Below, piece after piece: positions 37,328-50,428 of a stretch of 64,000 bases of DNA (the stretch's first letter is position 1; every line of letters begins with the position of its first letter). Origin of the DNA: Psammoneis japonica (lineage: Eukaryota); contig QPGO01000076.1 of the NCBI GenBank assembly GCA_008632985.1, positions 1 to 64,000 on the forward strand, given 5' to 3'. The notes beneath the pieces were generated by a model, which saw only the letters and a list, made by a program, of their open reading frames with translations, ran no database searches and was not told the origin of the DNA. The position numbers and the translations under genes are program-made.

Positions 37328-39700
37328 CTATGGCGGCGCGTGTCGGTAGGCGAATCGATCCATGAGCTCCTTGCTCAAAATGTCAACACTCGCCTTGTAG
37401 TCGCTATCGGAAAAACCGCCCCTCCTTTGCTTTGGTTTGCCGTACTTGATCCATGCATCCACCATGCCAGTTCGATCATTGCCGTGCCCAGGTCCATCTT
37501 TGGCCGAATTGATGAGGTACTGAAAGGGTCGATCTTGTCTCAAGACACCTCCGGCACAAGTGCATACTTGTTCGGTAACTTGTTCTTGAAAGAAAATGAC
37601 ATCCTCAAACCGAATAATGAGACGAGGGTACGTTGCGTTGCTGTAGTATTGCATATACCAATCATTCCAAACATGAGCAAGAGAATCGTGGTTTGACTTG
37701 AATTCCGATGCATACTTGACCGAGACTGGATTGTATTGGTTAGCGAGACCACCTCCTGCTTGCGATTTTACCAAGTTTGGACAATTTGCTTGGTTGTGTG
37801 ACCATCGTGCCGTGTATGTATGTCTACAGGTCGATGACATCCACTCATAGGGATCGCGAATCAACACAATGGGAAGAACATGCTCCTTTATAATGGCGGC
37901 TGCCTTGGTGGCATGGTGTTCCAGTCGAAACATGGCTGGTGTGTGCTTTCCCCAGGGTACTTGCCATCTCATACCATATTGCTCTTTGGTTGCATTTGGA
38001 CCATAGTGTTTGTACCGTTCTGGTATAATACAGTTTCCCTTGAGCAGCATAGTTATGAGATTGGTTCCGGTATTAAACATGCCGGCTGCGCCCAAGTGCC
38101 GGTCGAGCGCATCAACATTGGTGCGAAACTCCTGACAACGGTCCAGCCCTTCAATCACGGGCTCTGTTCCAAACATTGCCGTAATTTGGGACCAGGTTGG
38201 CAACTGAGAGCGAATTTTGGGATCATTAAGAACCGATTCTGCTACACCTCCTCGTCGTAATCGTTCCAACACTATGTCGTCGTCCTTGACACCGTTCGCT
38301 TTCACAGATGGAACAGATGGATTGTGTTTCGGCTGCGATTGCATGCCACGACCCTGTACAGCCGTGTCGTCTACAATCATGTCCTGGTAAATGATGCCTC
38401 GACCCCGAGCATCCGGGTCAACTTGATGTTCTTGCCCCTTGTGCTTGTAGCCAAAAACGTCCATAAGTTTTGGATCCAGCACTTTTTGGGCATAGTCCGA
38501 ATCCTCCTTGGTAATATTGGTGAACCGAAACCGATTGCTCCCATAGCGAATAATGGCGTCAATAAAGTTTGTCTTTTCACTACCATGTTGTCTGGTCCCC
38601 TTCTTTGCACTATCCACCACATAACGAAATTCCCCTGGATTCAATGACCCACCCGCACAGTGACACACTTGGGTCGTAACTTGCTTGGCATGAAACATTA
38701 AATCTTCAAAGCGCACCATGACAAAGGGAAAATCTGCCTTTTGAAAATAGTCATTGTACCAATCATTCCACATGTGTGCCAAGGTTGTATGGTACTTGGT
38801 AATGGCCATGTAATTGACTCGAACCGGAATCTTGTCGCTGTCGAGCGTAAAGTTGGTGTAGTGTTGAGGTTTTTCCAAGTGATGAGGATAATCCAATTCA
38901 ACAAAGGCCTTCTTGTCAATGTCATTTGGCAAGAGATTAGGGCAATGTTCATCCACATGAAACCACTGGGTTGCATAATTGTGTCGACACATGGATTTCA
39001 ACCATACATATGGATCTCGAATCGTAACGGCGGGCAACAAGTCCTCGTTCTTGACCTTGCCATCGCCATAGGTGGATCGCGGATTTGATCGTAATTCGGG
39101 CGGTGTATGCTTGCCCCAGTTGACTTGCCACCGAATCCCTCTATTCTGTGGTCCATAATGATCCATACGAGGTTGAATGTGACAATTGGCAATGAGCAAC
39201 TCAGCCAAGAGGTTGGTGCCAGAATTAAACGCCCCGGCTGGAGCGACCGCAGCATCGTATGCGGGAATCAGGGATTGGTATCTCGAGCATGACTCTAGTC
39301 CATAAATCTTGGGAGTACTTCCATACAAGCGTACAACATCGTTCCACGTGGGCAATTGTCGAAGAGTCTCCTTGTCAATCTTCGTAATGCCGGCATCCAG
39401 CAAAATATCGAGAATGCGTTCCTTCCCGCGAATCAACACGTCGTAGTCTGTGTTTTGTTGCTCTTGATTGGTATTTGTCGTTTCTGTCGTTTTAGATATC
39501 ACTTTTGTTTCTCCATAGATACCGAATAGTTTCGAGTCGTCTGGATCTTCTATCACATAAAAGACGTGAATGCAATTCAACAAACACCAAGCCAGTCCAA
39601 TCAACAGGGCATACATGATAACTTTTTGTTGAGTGCTTTTCGTGCCTGTTTGATTCGAAACTCCATTACGACTCGTTTTGTAGTGACGAGAGGAACTCAT
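37328..39700 (-). CDS. Type II membrane protein with two tandem sulfotransferase-like (P-loop fold) domains
   Basis: N-terminal TM. Duplicated AG.FN.GTNL, WQV.WGKH, IRDPY.W..S.CRH.Y and IRFED..F motifs. Confidence 0.75.
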   Translation of the reverse strand: MSSSRHYKTSRNGVSNQTGTKSTQQKVIMYALLIGLAWCLLNCIHVFYVIEDPDDSKLFGIYGETKVISKTTETTNTNQEQQNTDYDVLIRGKERILDILLDAGITKIDKETLRQLPTWNDVVRLYGSTPKIYGLESCSRYQSLIPAYDAAVAPAGAFNSGTNLLAELLIANCHIQPRMDHYGPQNRGIRWQVNWGKHTPPELRSNPRSTYGDGKVKNEDLLPAVTIRDPYVWLKSMCRHNYATQWFHVDEHCPNLLPNDIDKKAFVELDYPHHLEKPQHYTNFTLDSDKIPVRVNYMAITKYHTTLAHMWNDWYNDYFQKADFPFVMVRFEDLMFHAKQVTTQVCHCAGGSLNPGEFRYVVDSAKKGTRQHGSEKTNFIDAIIRYGSNRFRFTNITKEDSDYAQKVLDPKLMDVFGYKHKGQEHQVDPDARGRGIIYQDMIVDDTAVQGRGMQSQPKHNPSVPSVKANGVKDDDIVLERLRRGGVAESVLNDPKIRSQLPTWSQITAMFGTEPVIEGLDRCQEFRTNVDALDRHLGAAGMFNTGTNLITMLLKGNCIIPERYKHYGPNATKEQYGMRWQVPWGKHTPAMFRLEHHATKAAAIIKEHVLPIVLIRDPYEWMSSTCRHTYTARWSHNQANCPNLVKSQAGGGLANQYNPVSVKYASEFKSNHDSLAHVWNDWYMQYYSNATYPRLIIRFEDVIFFQEQVTEQVCTCAGGVLRQDRPFQYLINSAKDGPGHGNDRTGMVDAWIKYGKPKQRRGGFSDSDYKASVDILSKELMDRFAYRHAPP

Positions 39701-40045
39701 AGTGAAGTCTTTCTGACTGTAATGACGAACGATAGTGCAGCTAAGAGAAAAAGTCGGACGCTATTCACAGCGTCATTGCCGCGATCGCAGAAATTTTAGC
39801 AGAAACACATACAGAAAAAATCGCTTTTACTGTACTGTTACAGTAAAAAACCGAATTGAGTCCTTATTTTTGCCATATGTTGAATCGCCATTTTTTGCCT
39901 CACATTGCCCTAAAAACTGACCACCTAGCTTTTCATCATGTTTAAACAAGTTCTTTGATGACAGTTGGTTGTGAAAAGGGCTTGGGATTAGGTCTGGTTT
40001 CTTGCGACCTCCGAGCATTGCACGCAACACACTGCGAAGCGTCCA

Positions 40046-40577
40046 ATGCACAACTCTTTGAATGGGCTCTTAACTCTCTGTGTGCTTGGTTTGAAATGCA
40101 ACGAGCGACTGAGTTTCGCCATTTTTTGTTGTGAATGCATGCTGCCTCCACCAAAGTCTCTGGAGTCATCTCATGTCATTTTTGGGCACTTGCTGAATCC
40201 AAACCTGCTTGAACATTGCAGCGCTCTGTTGGCATGTCTGCCAGCATGTTGATGATGATTCCAACAAGCCAGAAGGTCACGAAGAAGTCCCAGTTGCAGA
40301 TTTGGGATTTGCAATGAATCTGAGTGGGCATGAGGATGTTGTTCACGGAGGTGTTCTTGCCTTGATCATTGAAGATTCCATGGGTTTTGCTTTTGAATCA
40401 GCGGGAACACACGTGGCCTTTGCAGCCAATCCAAACATCAACTGCTGCCATCAGTCCCCGCCAGTGTGTCTGCCGTGCTGCGGATGCATCACAAGGAATC
40501 CAAACGGAAGTGTGTTGTGTGCCAAAGGATCAAGCCTTTTCATTTTGCCAAAGGACCAAAGTCAAAGTGATGGATGA
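40046..40577 (+). pseudogene. Hot-dog-fold (PaaI/THEM4-like) thioesterase pseudogene
   Basis: LSGHEDVVHGGVLALIIEDSMG...AFAANPNINCC corresponds to family motif GH..VHGG..A..D..G...T.NLNINY; frameshifted. Confidence 0.7.
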
Positions 40578-43500
40578 CTCAAGTGACATGCTGCAATTGA
40601 GCTGCAAAGCCAGAGATTGCTTGATCCAGTTGAGTTTTGAACCCTTTGTCAAGCACAGCAAGGCATGCATTTGTCTGTTGCAGATGCTTTGAACACTGTT
40701 CAATGCTTGTGAATCTGCTGCAGCTCTTTACAGAATTGCTTCATTGTGCGCAGTGCGCAGGCAGCTGTCTGCTTTTTTTATGATGGCATGCACTCCAGTT
40801 GTTGTTGCCCTTGAACCATGTGGTTGGAATTGTTTGCACTGCCCAACTGGGGCAGTTGGTTTTGTTTCAGGACAAACAACACTTTGAGAAAGTCTTCAAG
40901 AGTCAGACGCTCTTGGATGCCCAAAGAACACATGAGATTGTCCATGCATTCACCCGATGGTTGGTTGGTGCTGTTCACAAAGGCGCAACTCATTGCCCAT
41001 CACACATCAAAGCATGAGAGCATTCCCTTGTGTTCATGAGCGTCGTGGAGAAAATGTCCAACAGTGCATGGCAAAATGTCTCCACCAGCAAGCAGATGCA
41101 CAATTCTGCACCAAAGACCATTTGAAGTGCGCAGCGTGCAAGCCACTTGATTCTCACCTGCTGAAGCTTGCTTTGACCAGCGCGACAGAGTCCAAATGTT
41201 GCAGCTTGACCAACAAGCACAGGAAACGTTGAATGGTTGCTCAGAAGACAGAGTGGGAAGGTGCACACAACTCTCCTCAAAACAAAATCTCTTTGATGAA
41301 TCCGGTGACAAGAGTGAGGAGCGCCACCATCAGCAAAATGTGCAAAATCATTTGATTGTGAATTTCAAGATGTTGTTCATTGCTCGAACAGAAGAGTTTA
41401 TTTTGTCATCCAAACAGCGTCATGACAATGTGATTGGAGGAGAAACTTGTGTGGCTTTCATCACGTCCATCTGAGTTGTCCATCAGAGTTCCCAAACAAA
41501 CCATGGGTGTTGCCGTCAAAATGCCTTCGACCACTCAGAGTGGTGTCAGTGACCAGTCAAAAAGCAAGGAAAAGCTGGTTTGGTCAGCACTCCAGTGCAA
41601 GGCATTAAAGTCGAAAGAGTTGTGAGTGAGAAGCAGCCCAACAAGCGCAATCACGGATGCAACCACCAATGCAAAGAGTTGCGACACTGAAACCACATGT
41701 GTCAGGGGAACGCCAGTTTGGCTTTTTTTGTCACTCAAGGGATTTGCCACCAAGGGCGCTGGATTGGGGTGGAGGAGCATGGTGACTCTTTGCATTGACA
41801 ACACCAACAGCAGCAACCACAGTTTTGGCTTCATTGTGTCAGTTTTGATGCCACAAGGGAGAGCAACATGGAGGCTGTTGCACCAAAACCACACAAGCTC
41901 TTTTTTTTTTGGATGCTGCGATTGTTGCTGCACAACAACACCACTTTTTTCACCACAGTCAGGGTGTTTTTCACAATTGACAAAAGTTTCAATCGCCATG
42001 CCCAATTTTGTCAACAAACAATGCAACCCACAAGATTGTTTGATCCAACATTTTTGTTTTTGTCAGTTGGCTTGTGCTTTGTGACTGCCAAAATTTTGCT
42101 CACATTTTTTCGTTCATTGCATCGCCGCCATTTCAGCTGCAAAAAACCATCAGCAACACTGTCACACACTCCTCTTTGTGACATGGCTGGGTCATCGTTC
42201 CTCTCCTTCCGCTGGCTCAAAGTCGTGCAGGGGGACCGGCCATTTACGTCCGTCGAAGAAGCAGCATCAGAACTCAGTCAAAAGTGGTCAAAGAAAGTCG
42301 CCGTCTTGAAATCCGTCATTGTCCACCCACGTTCCTGCATCAACACACGCCCCTCCTGCTGCCAGGGTTCATCCCATCCCCCTCACCACTGGTGGGGGTG
42401 CAGCAGGTTGCTTTGTGTGTTGTGACGGCTGTTCTGACCTTGCTGCCAGGGTTCATCCCATGGCTCCCTTTTCTACAGTGGGTGCAGTGATGTCTGTGGA
42501 TGCTGCCTTTCACAAGTTTGTGGTGATGTGTCCCACGCTCCTTCCTCACTTTGGAGGCACAGCCGCCAGATCCCACTCTTTCTTGGCTTGCGTGCCGGAG
42601 AGTGCGCTGCCAGGGTTCATCCCATGACTCCCACCTTTGGCGGGGGTGCAGCTGTTTTTGGATCCCCCCTTGTCTTGATGGATGGCACTCACGATGGTTT
42701 GACTGGTGTTGGCTTTCCACCTGTTGACGGCTCTTCTGGGTCCTTCATGGTTCCTCCCAATGCCAACCCAGTTGTGCATGGTCCGGCACCTGCCAATTTT
42801 TCTGTGCAAACTCCCCTCATGTCCCCTCTGAACCTGTCCAGCATCCCCCAGTCTGCACGTTCCCAATGGAGGGGGCTCAAGAACATTGGCATGGTCTGCG
42901 AAGAACCCAAACCCTCCTGTTGGAAGAAAATGTCACATCATCCGTGTTCACTTCGTGTTGCCAAATCTTGACAGCGGTCAGGCATTGGTGCACATTGACG
43001 GCAAACACTGTCATCACATGATGGCATGCTCAGATCTTCACAGAGCTGTTGTGGCATGTTGTTGAAATGGCAACATCTCATTTGACATTTGCTTGCTGCA
43101 CAAGAATCACCGCAACGACAGCCATCGCGTTGTCAATGCAGGTCACCCCATCCTTGATGGATTGTTTCAAGGCTTTGTCCAAGAAAGCCAGCAAAACTCC
43201 CTCCACCTCTTCTTCCTCCTCTGGCACCACTCATCAGTCACTGGGCATGTACAAGGATTGTGGGTGCACTTCTGCCACATGCACAGACCAGACAAACTCC
43301 CACAGTGGAGTGTCCATTGGTTGTGTCTGGAAAGTTCATGATCCGTTGTGCTTTCTGCCTTCTCATTGGAGTTTTGGACTGCACAAAACAAGTGCAACAC
43401 ATCCCATGGTTTGATCCTGGGGAAGTTTTGTTGTCCGCCTCAAGCCAATGCTCAAGGCGGGTGGCACTTGAGGTCCATTGTGCTCCAGTGCACTGACAGA

Positions 43501-43979
43501 ACATCATTGATCATGTGCCGCAACTGTGCAAATGTCAGTGGGATTGAGGCACAGACGGAATGGGCATGCGTCAGTGTCAGAATGTCTGGGTGAAGCTGCA
43601 ATTTTATTTGACTGTTTCAGCCAATGGGAGTGTGTGTGCCAGGAATTTAAAAAGCGACTTCTTGTGCAAAAACCCATGAGAACAGGTGTGTCTTCTCAAA
43701 AGGTCACATTGGAGAGTTGTCACTTCTTCATGATGGAGCACACATGCACCATGCCGAACATGCATGGACAAGGGACCGCACCATGCCAAAGCATGGAGAG
43801 GGATGAGGTGAGTTTGAAATCAGTGAAATGCAAGCCTGTGGCAGTTGACTGACAACCATTGAGGCTCAATGGGGACGGTGCAGGGATGAGACAGTTCACA
43901 GGACAATGCACAGGTTGAAACCGTTGTGCAACAAAGCAGCAGTTTGGCAGTGATGAGAGGGACTCTCACATCATCATTG

Positions 43980-44800
43980 ATGGAAGAACAAGATGACATG
44001 ATGAGCAAACGACAAAAGAAAAAGCGACACAACAAAAAATGAATGACTGAGACAAGATTGTCTTGGAGAACTGCTGCAAGAAGACATTGTTCAGACAGCA
44101 CAAGTTTCTGAATGACAAGGCCCTGAACGACAGCAAGGGAAGAGTGGTGGACACAGTGCTGTCCAAGCCAAATGCACCCAAAGAAAAGAGAGCGCAAATT
44201 TGGGGCATGTCGAAGGACAAGGTGTGAAGTGCGAAGGCAGACAACAAGGAAGAGGAACATTGTGAGTGGGAAAATGAAGAAAGAATTTTTCAGCAAGTGA
44301 TGGAGTGACACGAAAATGGTGGCATGAAGAACAACTGACACACGTGGTTTCATGTGTTGCGAATGGACAGAGGGTGTCTGGATCACAACAAGAAGAACCC
44401 ACAAGGAAAAGACAAGATGCTGACTCTGGCAGAAATGCAAGAGGGAAGGGACTGCATGATGGCACAGACACATTTCACCCTCCACTTCCTGCCCATCGTG
44501 GTGGGAAAGACATGTTGGCATTGGCGAGCAACAAGGCATTCGGCCTGCCAATTTTGGAAAACAATTGGGACAAATGGACATGCACGCACAGTGGGATGAA
44601 GGAGAAGTTGAAGGTGACAAAAGAAGCAAGCATGCTTCTGGCTTCCGGACCCTGAGCACAGCAGTGGGAAGGGCTGAGAAGCAAAACGGAACCATGGGTG
44701 GAACAAGAGCAGACTGCTGGATGGGTGCAAAACCAACAAATTGCTTGAGGACATCTGCAGAATCCACACGTTTTTGCACCAAAGCTGTTGTCTTCTCAAA
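43980..44800 (+). pseudogene. Degraded coding remnant, possibly transposon-associated
   Basis: Protein-like fragments KIVLENCCKKTLFRQHKFLND, LHFLPIVVGK and SNKAFGLPILENNWDKW across frames; family not identified with confidence. Confidence 0.35.
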
Positions 44801-46900
44801 ACTTGTGCAAAAATGGACTTTGCTGCCAACTGATCAGGTGCATTTCTGCAAATGTGTTGTTCTAAAATGTGCCTGATCAGTCAGCAGCAAAGTCCATTTT
44901 TTGCAGAATTAAAATTCGCTGAGGGCAGATGGACAGACATTTCAATGTTTCTCTTGGTGCTGGTCCACACAATTTCTGCTCATTTTTTCACAATGACCAC
45001 ATGGCACGAAAGATTGCCGTTGAAATTGCAGAAAGGACAACAATGGACAGACCAAGAAGAAGGGGGGGGAAGGAACAAATGACTGATCCGCAAACGGACA
45101 ACAAAAGAAAAATGAAGCTGCGTGAGAAATTGTCAATGCAACAGCATGAATTGGGCACAAGCCAGCTACATTTTTAACGAGGGACCTGCATTTTTAACCT
45201 TGAGTCCAGCGGGATGGGATTTCGTGCTCAAATGAATGACTTGCACGTCGCAGACTCTGGCACAAAAGTGCTTTTCACCAGCCGGCCCGCCAAGATGCAA
45301 CAACGACATTGAAGCTCAAATCATCAACAACTCACTTGGAGACCAGACAAATTCAATGAAGACTTCAATGGCAAAAGACAAAATTGTCATGAGCCAGTCA
45401 CAAAATCTGAAAGCAGTTGTCGACGGAGCTCAAAAATGCTGTCCAACTGTGCAGAACAACATGCAGGGGTGCGCAAGTGAAAACCCAGATGTGTGTCCAA
45501 CATCTGTCCAACACTGGGCTCAAGGTCAATGCAAAAAGTTGGTGTGAGCATCCACATTAAATGCGGCGGAACCCCAAATGCAATGAACCCAAAACCTGCA
45601 TGGAAAATGCGAGATGGCCCGCATTGTTTCATGGCCTCCCAAACAAATTGTTCTCCCCTCTGATGTCACTTGGTTTTCTGGAAATTCGCACTTTGAAGAT
45701 GGTGCTGAGTGCCTCACACTTGCCAACAACAACTCACCATTCACTTGCCACATGTGCAGAATGGAGATGTCCATGGCTTTTTTCTGTGATCCGCCCACCG
45801 GCTTCAATTTTTGTGCACTCCATTTTAGAGCCCACACATGAATGCGCACAAACATGGGCAAAGAACCCCACTTGAACCAGCTTGAGTGCTTCAGCAAAAC
45901 ACACTCAAGACAGGCTTTTTCTTGCCACTTGCATGCTCTCTTGGATGTTTTGCCATGATTTGCTGGCCCAAATTTTCACCCCTCTGTGGAGGGAAAAAAC
46001 TCTTTGTCCCACAACTTCTTCAAGTTGAAAGAGCTGTGAAAAGCCAAGCTTGTGGTTGTGGGGTCAACTTTCCAGGCTCAGGCAGGCTTCTTTCCTGGCA
46101 TTGGCAGCTGGAGTGCTGTTTGGTGTCCACCCTGGCATGCTTTGCTTGTGAGCAATTTGAGCACACAACCAGGGCAAGTTGCCAAGCCTTGTCTGCGACA
46201 ATCTGGCCATGGAGAGATTGTTGCCCCCCAGCCATGCAAAAAATCACCCCTTTTGCTCTGAAGAATGAAGGCACTGTGCAGACCACATCTTCTGATTTGT
46301 CAGTGCTGCTGTCATCAAATGAGCATTGAAAATGACAGCAAACTGGGTGTCACATGCTCGGCAGGCATGGTCATGATGTCGGGCACTCTGGTGTCATGCC
46401 TCCTTCATTCTGACCCAGGCAGTGTGGCTGCATTGCTGTGGGTGCATCATGTGGCAACAGCTCTGACAATGTGAATGAATGACAACCCTGTTGCAGCATG
46501 TAAAGAGAGTTCAGCAGTGACTTAATTGACGCGTGTTGCATTAAAATCGAGATGGAAGTGAGCGTCTCACACAAGGTGCTGGCAGCGCAGCGCAGTGGCT
46601 AATTGGTGTAGGACATGTGCCTAAATATGATTGATCATAGGCACAACTATCACTCAGTTCGGGCACATCATTTTTTTGGGGGTTGATTTTTCATTCTTCG
46701 CAGCGACCACTGACACCTTTAATCCAACAAACGTTCCAAACACAAACTAGTCTAATCTTAAAGGTGTACCGGTACTGGAAGTTCATAGAAAACGACACTG
46801 TTCCTCATTTTGAAGGAAAATGATACCTTACAAGCAAACTTCCCCAGAGAAAGGAGCAGACAATTTTGATGCCTCGTTGCTTGCATGAGCTTCTTTTTCT

Positions 46901-49900
46901 TCAGCTTTCGCTTCGACTTTCGCTCCCGCTTCCACTTTCACTCCCGCTTCTTCTCCTCCTCCTCCTCCTCCTCCTCCTTAGCCCCTTTGTGCCACCTGGA
47001 GTGGAACTCGGCACGCTCGATGGAGTTGAACTTGGTAAAGTGCTGGGTTGACTCGATGGATGATCAGATGGCGACAAAGAAGGAGCACTGCTTGGAGCAT
47101 TAGATGGTGCATCACTTGGAACGAAACTAGGCATACTTGATGGCAAACTACTAGGTTGACTCGAGGGCACCACACTTGGTGAAGCGCTTGGCGTACTCGA
47201 GGGCATGTCTGACGGCGACAATGACGGAGAAACACTTGGAGAAACAGTCGGTGCAGTGGGAGCACTCGATGGTTCATGCGACGGTGACAAAGATGGAAAG
47301 TTACTCGGTGAACCGACGGCTCATCGCTTGGAGTCAAACTAGGCTGGCTTGATGGCATTGAACTCGGTTGGATTGACGGTAATTCGCTGGGGGGAGCACT
47401 TGGCGAACAGGATATTGTAGACAGTCGATAAACATAAACGCGCCCAGGATGCCCACCTCTGTTGAAAGAAGCACCCATCGCCACCGTCCTGGAATCAGCT
47501 GACAACGAAACGGAAACTCCAGCTGAATCACGGAACGCTTTTCCATCAATGTCATTGCCCAACTGCATCCAAGTCGTCCCAGTGAATTGATAGACACGGA
47601 CATGCCCGCCTTCATCATGGTAAGGAGCGCCAAGCGCCACCGTCATTCCGTCTGCTGACAACGAAATGGATCGTCCCAAATTATCACCTTCCACTTCTTC
47701 ATTTATGTCATCACCCAACTTGGTCCAAATTACTCCATCGTAGTGGTAAACACGAGCAAGCCCAAAAGTCTCAAAAAAGCCATTATAGTTGGGGTCAGGG
47801 TTTGGCCAAACGATAGCCCCAATCGCCACCGTCCTGGCATCCTCCGACAAGGACACGGAAAATCCCAATCGTTCACCTGCAGCTTCTCCATCAATGTCGT
47901 TCCCTATCTTGGTCCAACGCGTTCCATCGTAACCGTAAACACGAACATGCCCGGCTTGAAAACCATTGCCACCATTTTGATAAGCTCCAATTGCCACCGC
48001 CATTCCATCCCCTGACAATGAAACGGAATATCCTGAAAGATCACCTGCCGCTTCACCATTGATGTCATCACCCAACTGCGTCCAAGTCCTCGTTCCATTT
48101 ACATTGTATTTATAGACACGAACATGCCCGGCGTAAGTATAATTACGCCCGTTGTACTCGGTGTAAGTACCAATACCATCGCCATTATTGCCGTATGCAC
48201 CAATCGCTACCGTCATTCCATCGTTGGACAATGAAACGGATCCCCCAGAGCTGTCAATTTCCGCTTCTCCATCGATGTCATCACCCAACTTGGTCCAAGC
48301 CTTCGCACCATTTACATTCTTGTATTGATAGACACGAACATGTCCTGCACTACCACCATTGTCATCATTACCTGGAGCACCAATCGCTACCGTCATTCCA
48401 TCTGCTGACAATGACACTGACCACCCAGATTGGTCGTATCGTTCTTCCCCATCAATGTCATCGCCCAGCTGCACCCAAGATGTTCCGCTGTGTCGATAAA
48501 CACGAACATGTCCTATGCTATACAAAATACCATTGCCAGCATTAAATGGCGCGCCAATCGCCACGGTCCTTCCATCAGCTGATATTGAAACCGAATCTCC
48601 AAAAAAATCATTTGCTGCTTCTCCGTCAATGTCTTGGCCTAGCTGCATCCAACTAACACAATCACCAAGAGGCATGAGCGATGGCGCTTCGCTTGGAAAA
48701 TCAGTGGGAGCACTCGAAATCGATGGCTGATAGGACGGCAACAAAGACGGAGCAACGCTTGGAGAAATGGAAGGTATGCTCGACGGTGATCCACTCGGTT
48801 GGCTTGACGGAGTTGCACTTGGTGAAGCACTAGGAGATTGGGATATTGTAGACAATTGATAAACACGAACATGACCTGAATCACGGCCATTCACACCATC
48901 ATTGCGAATTGCGCCTATCGCCACCGTCCGGGCATCGTGTGACATTGAAACCGACCTTCCAGAAAAATCCTCAAACGCTTCGCCATCAATGTCTTGTCCT
49001 ATCTGGTTCCAAGTCGTTCCAGTGAATTGATACACACGAACATGGCCCTTCTTGATACCATCATCATCTTTATTGGCACTAGCACCGATCGCCACCGTCA
49101 TGCCATCATCCGACAAGGATACTGACCATCCAGAACCATCATTTTCCCCTTCTCCATCAACATCTTGGCCCAACTGGGTCCAAGTCGTTCCAGTGAATTG
49201 ATACACACGAACATGGCCCTTCGTGATACCATCATCATCTTTATTGGACACTGCACCAATCGCTATCGTCATACCGTCACCTGACAAATGCACCGATTTT
49301 CCGGACTTATCATTCGCGGCTTCTCCAACAATGTCTTGACCTATCAGAGTCCAAGTCATCATTCCATTTACATTGTATTGGTAAACACGAACAAGACCTG
49401 CACGTTGATATAGAACACCATCAGAACCAATCGCCACCATCATTCCGTCGTTAGACAAGGACACTGAATTACCAGAAAGATCACCATTCCCTTCCCCATC
49501 AATATCCTGGCCTAACTGGATCCAATGCTCTCCAATGAATTGATAAACACGAACATGCCCCGCGTTGATATAAGCACCATCATTCATTGGAGCACCAATT
49601 GCTACGGTTCGGCCATCATTTGACAATGCTACTGACGCTCCAGACCAATCGTTTCCCAGCTCTCCATCAATATCCCGACCCAACTGGATCCAAGACATTC
49701 CAATAAGTTGATAAACACGAACATGTCCGGCATTAAAAATATTGTGACTGTCGTTCCCACGCGCACCAATCGCCACAGTCATTCCGTCCCCCGATAAGGA
49801 CACTGAACATCCAGAATAATCGTCAGCTGCTTCTCCATCAATATCCTGACCCAACTGGATCCAAGCCATTCCAATGAGTTGATAAACACGAACATGTCCA

Positions 49901-50428
49901 GCTCGGTTACCAACCCCATCATTTTCGTTAGCTCCAATCGCAACAGTCATTCCGTCATCTGACATAGAAACGGAATATCCAAATTGATCACCTCTCGCTT
50001 CTCCGTCGATATCCTGGCCCAACTGCGTCAAAACCAGCCAATCTGCAATGGAAAGTTCTCTCTGGTGTTGAGATGAAAGCGACTGACGTAGACTTGTCCG
50101 ATTCGATAAATTATTCCTATCGGTAGGGAAGTATCGTTCGTTTGATAGATCATGATGCGTCTTGAGACGAGAAATGAATGAAGCAAGCATGTAAACTGTG
50201 AGCTTCAGGATTTTGTCTTTGTGAGTACTGCACAAAAGGAAAAGACAAAGTCGGTACGAAATCGGACAATCTTTCGACTTTCGATGATGAATGGCGTAAT
50301 GTTCTTACCTCGTTGCCGCTCACGCTTTTCTTCGTGTCGAAACTGTGATACGCCTTGATCATGGTCATTTCTTTTGCGAGCATGGCAGTTGCCAAAAGGG
50401 TCTTCAGGACTACCGTTGGGAACTTCAT
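46901..50428 (-). CDS. Secreted or surface adhesin-like protein: two 7-repeat FG-GAP-like beta-propellers with Pro/Ser (PSxxPS) mucin-like linkers
   Basis: 14 repeats of W.QLG.DIDGE..D.SG.SVSLS.DG.TVAIGA..N....GHVRVY (7+7). Signal-like MKFPTVVLKTLLATAMLA and 5' intron from 50308. Frameshift near 47305, so the C-terminus is uncertain. Confidence 0.85.

Larger units (their letters stand above)
39960..46600. other. TpA-depleted hypermutated block 3 (thioesterase pseudogene and probable TE-derived coding remnants)
   Basis: TA nearly absent; Tyr-poor ORFs in all frames. Confidence 0.85.

Noticed and set aside
42358..42625. Three identical 20-bp repeats GCTGCCAGGGTTCATCCCAT (42358, 42442, 42606), superficially CRISPR-like
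   Set aside because: Unequal spacing, similar 'spacers', translation as AARVHP peptide repeats, eukaryotic context and no cas genes.
45236..46330. Possible degraded gene or transposase
   Set aside because: Too mutated to assign by eye.
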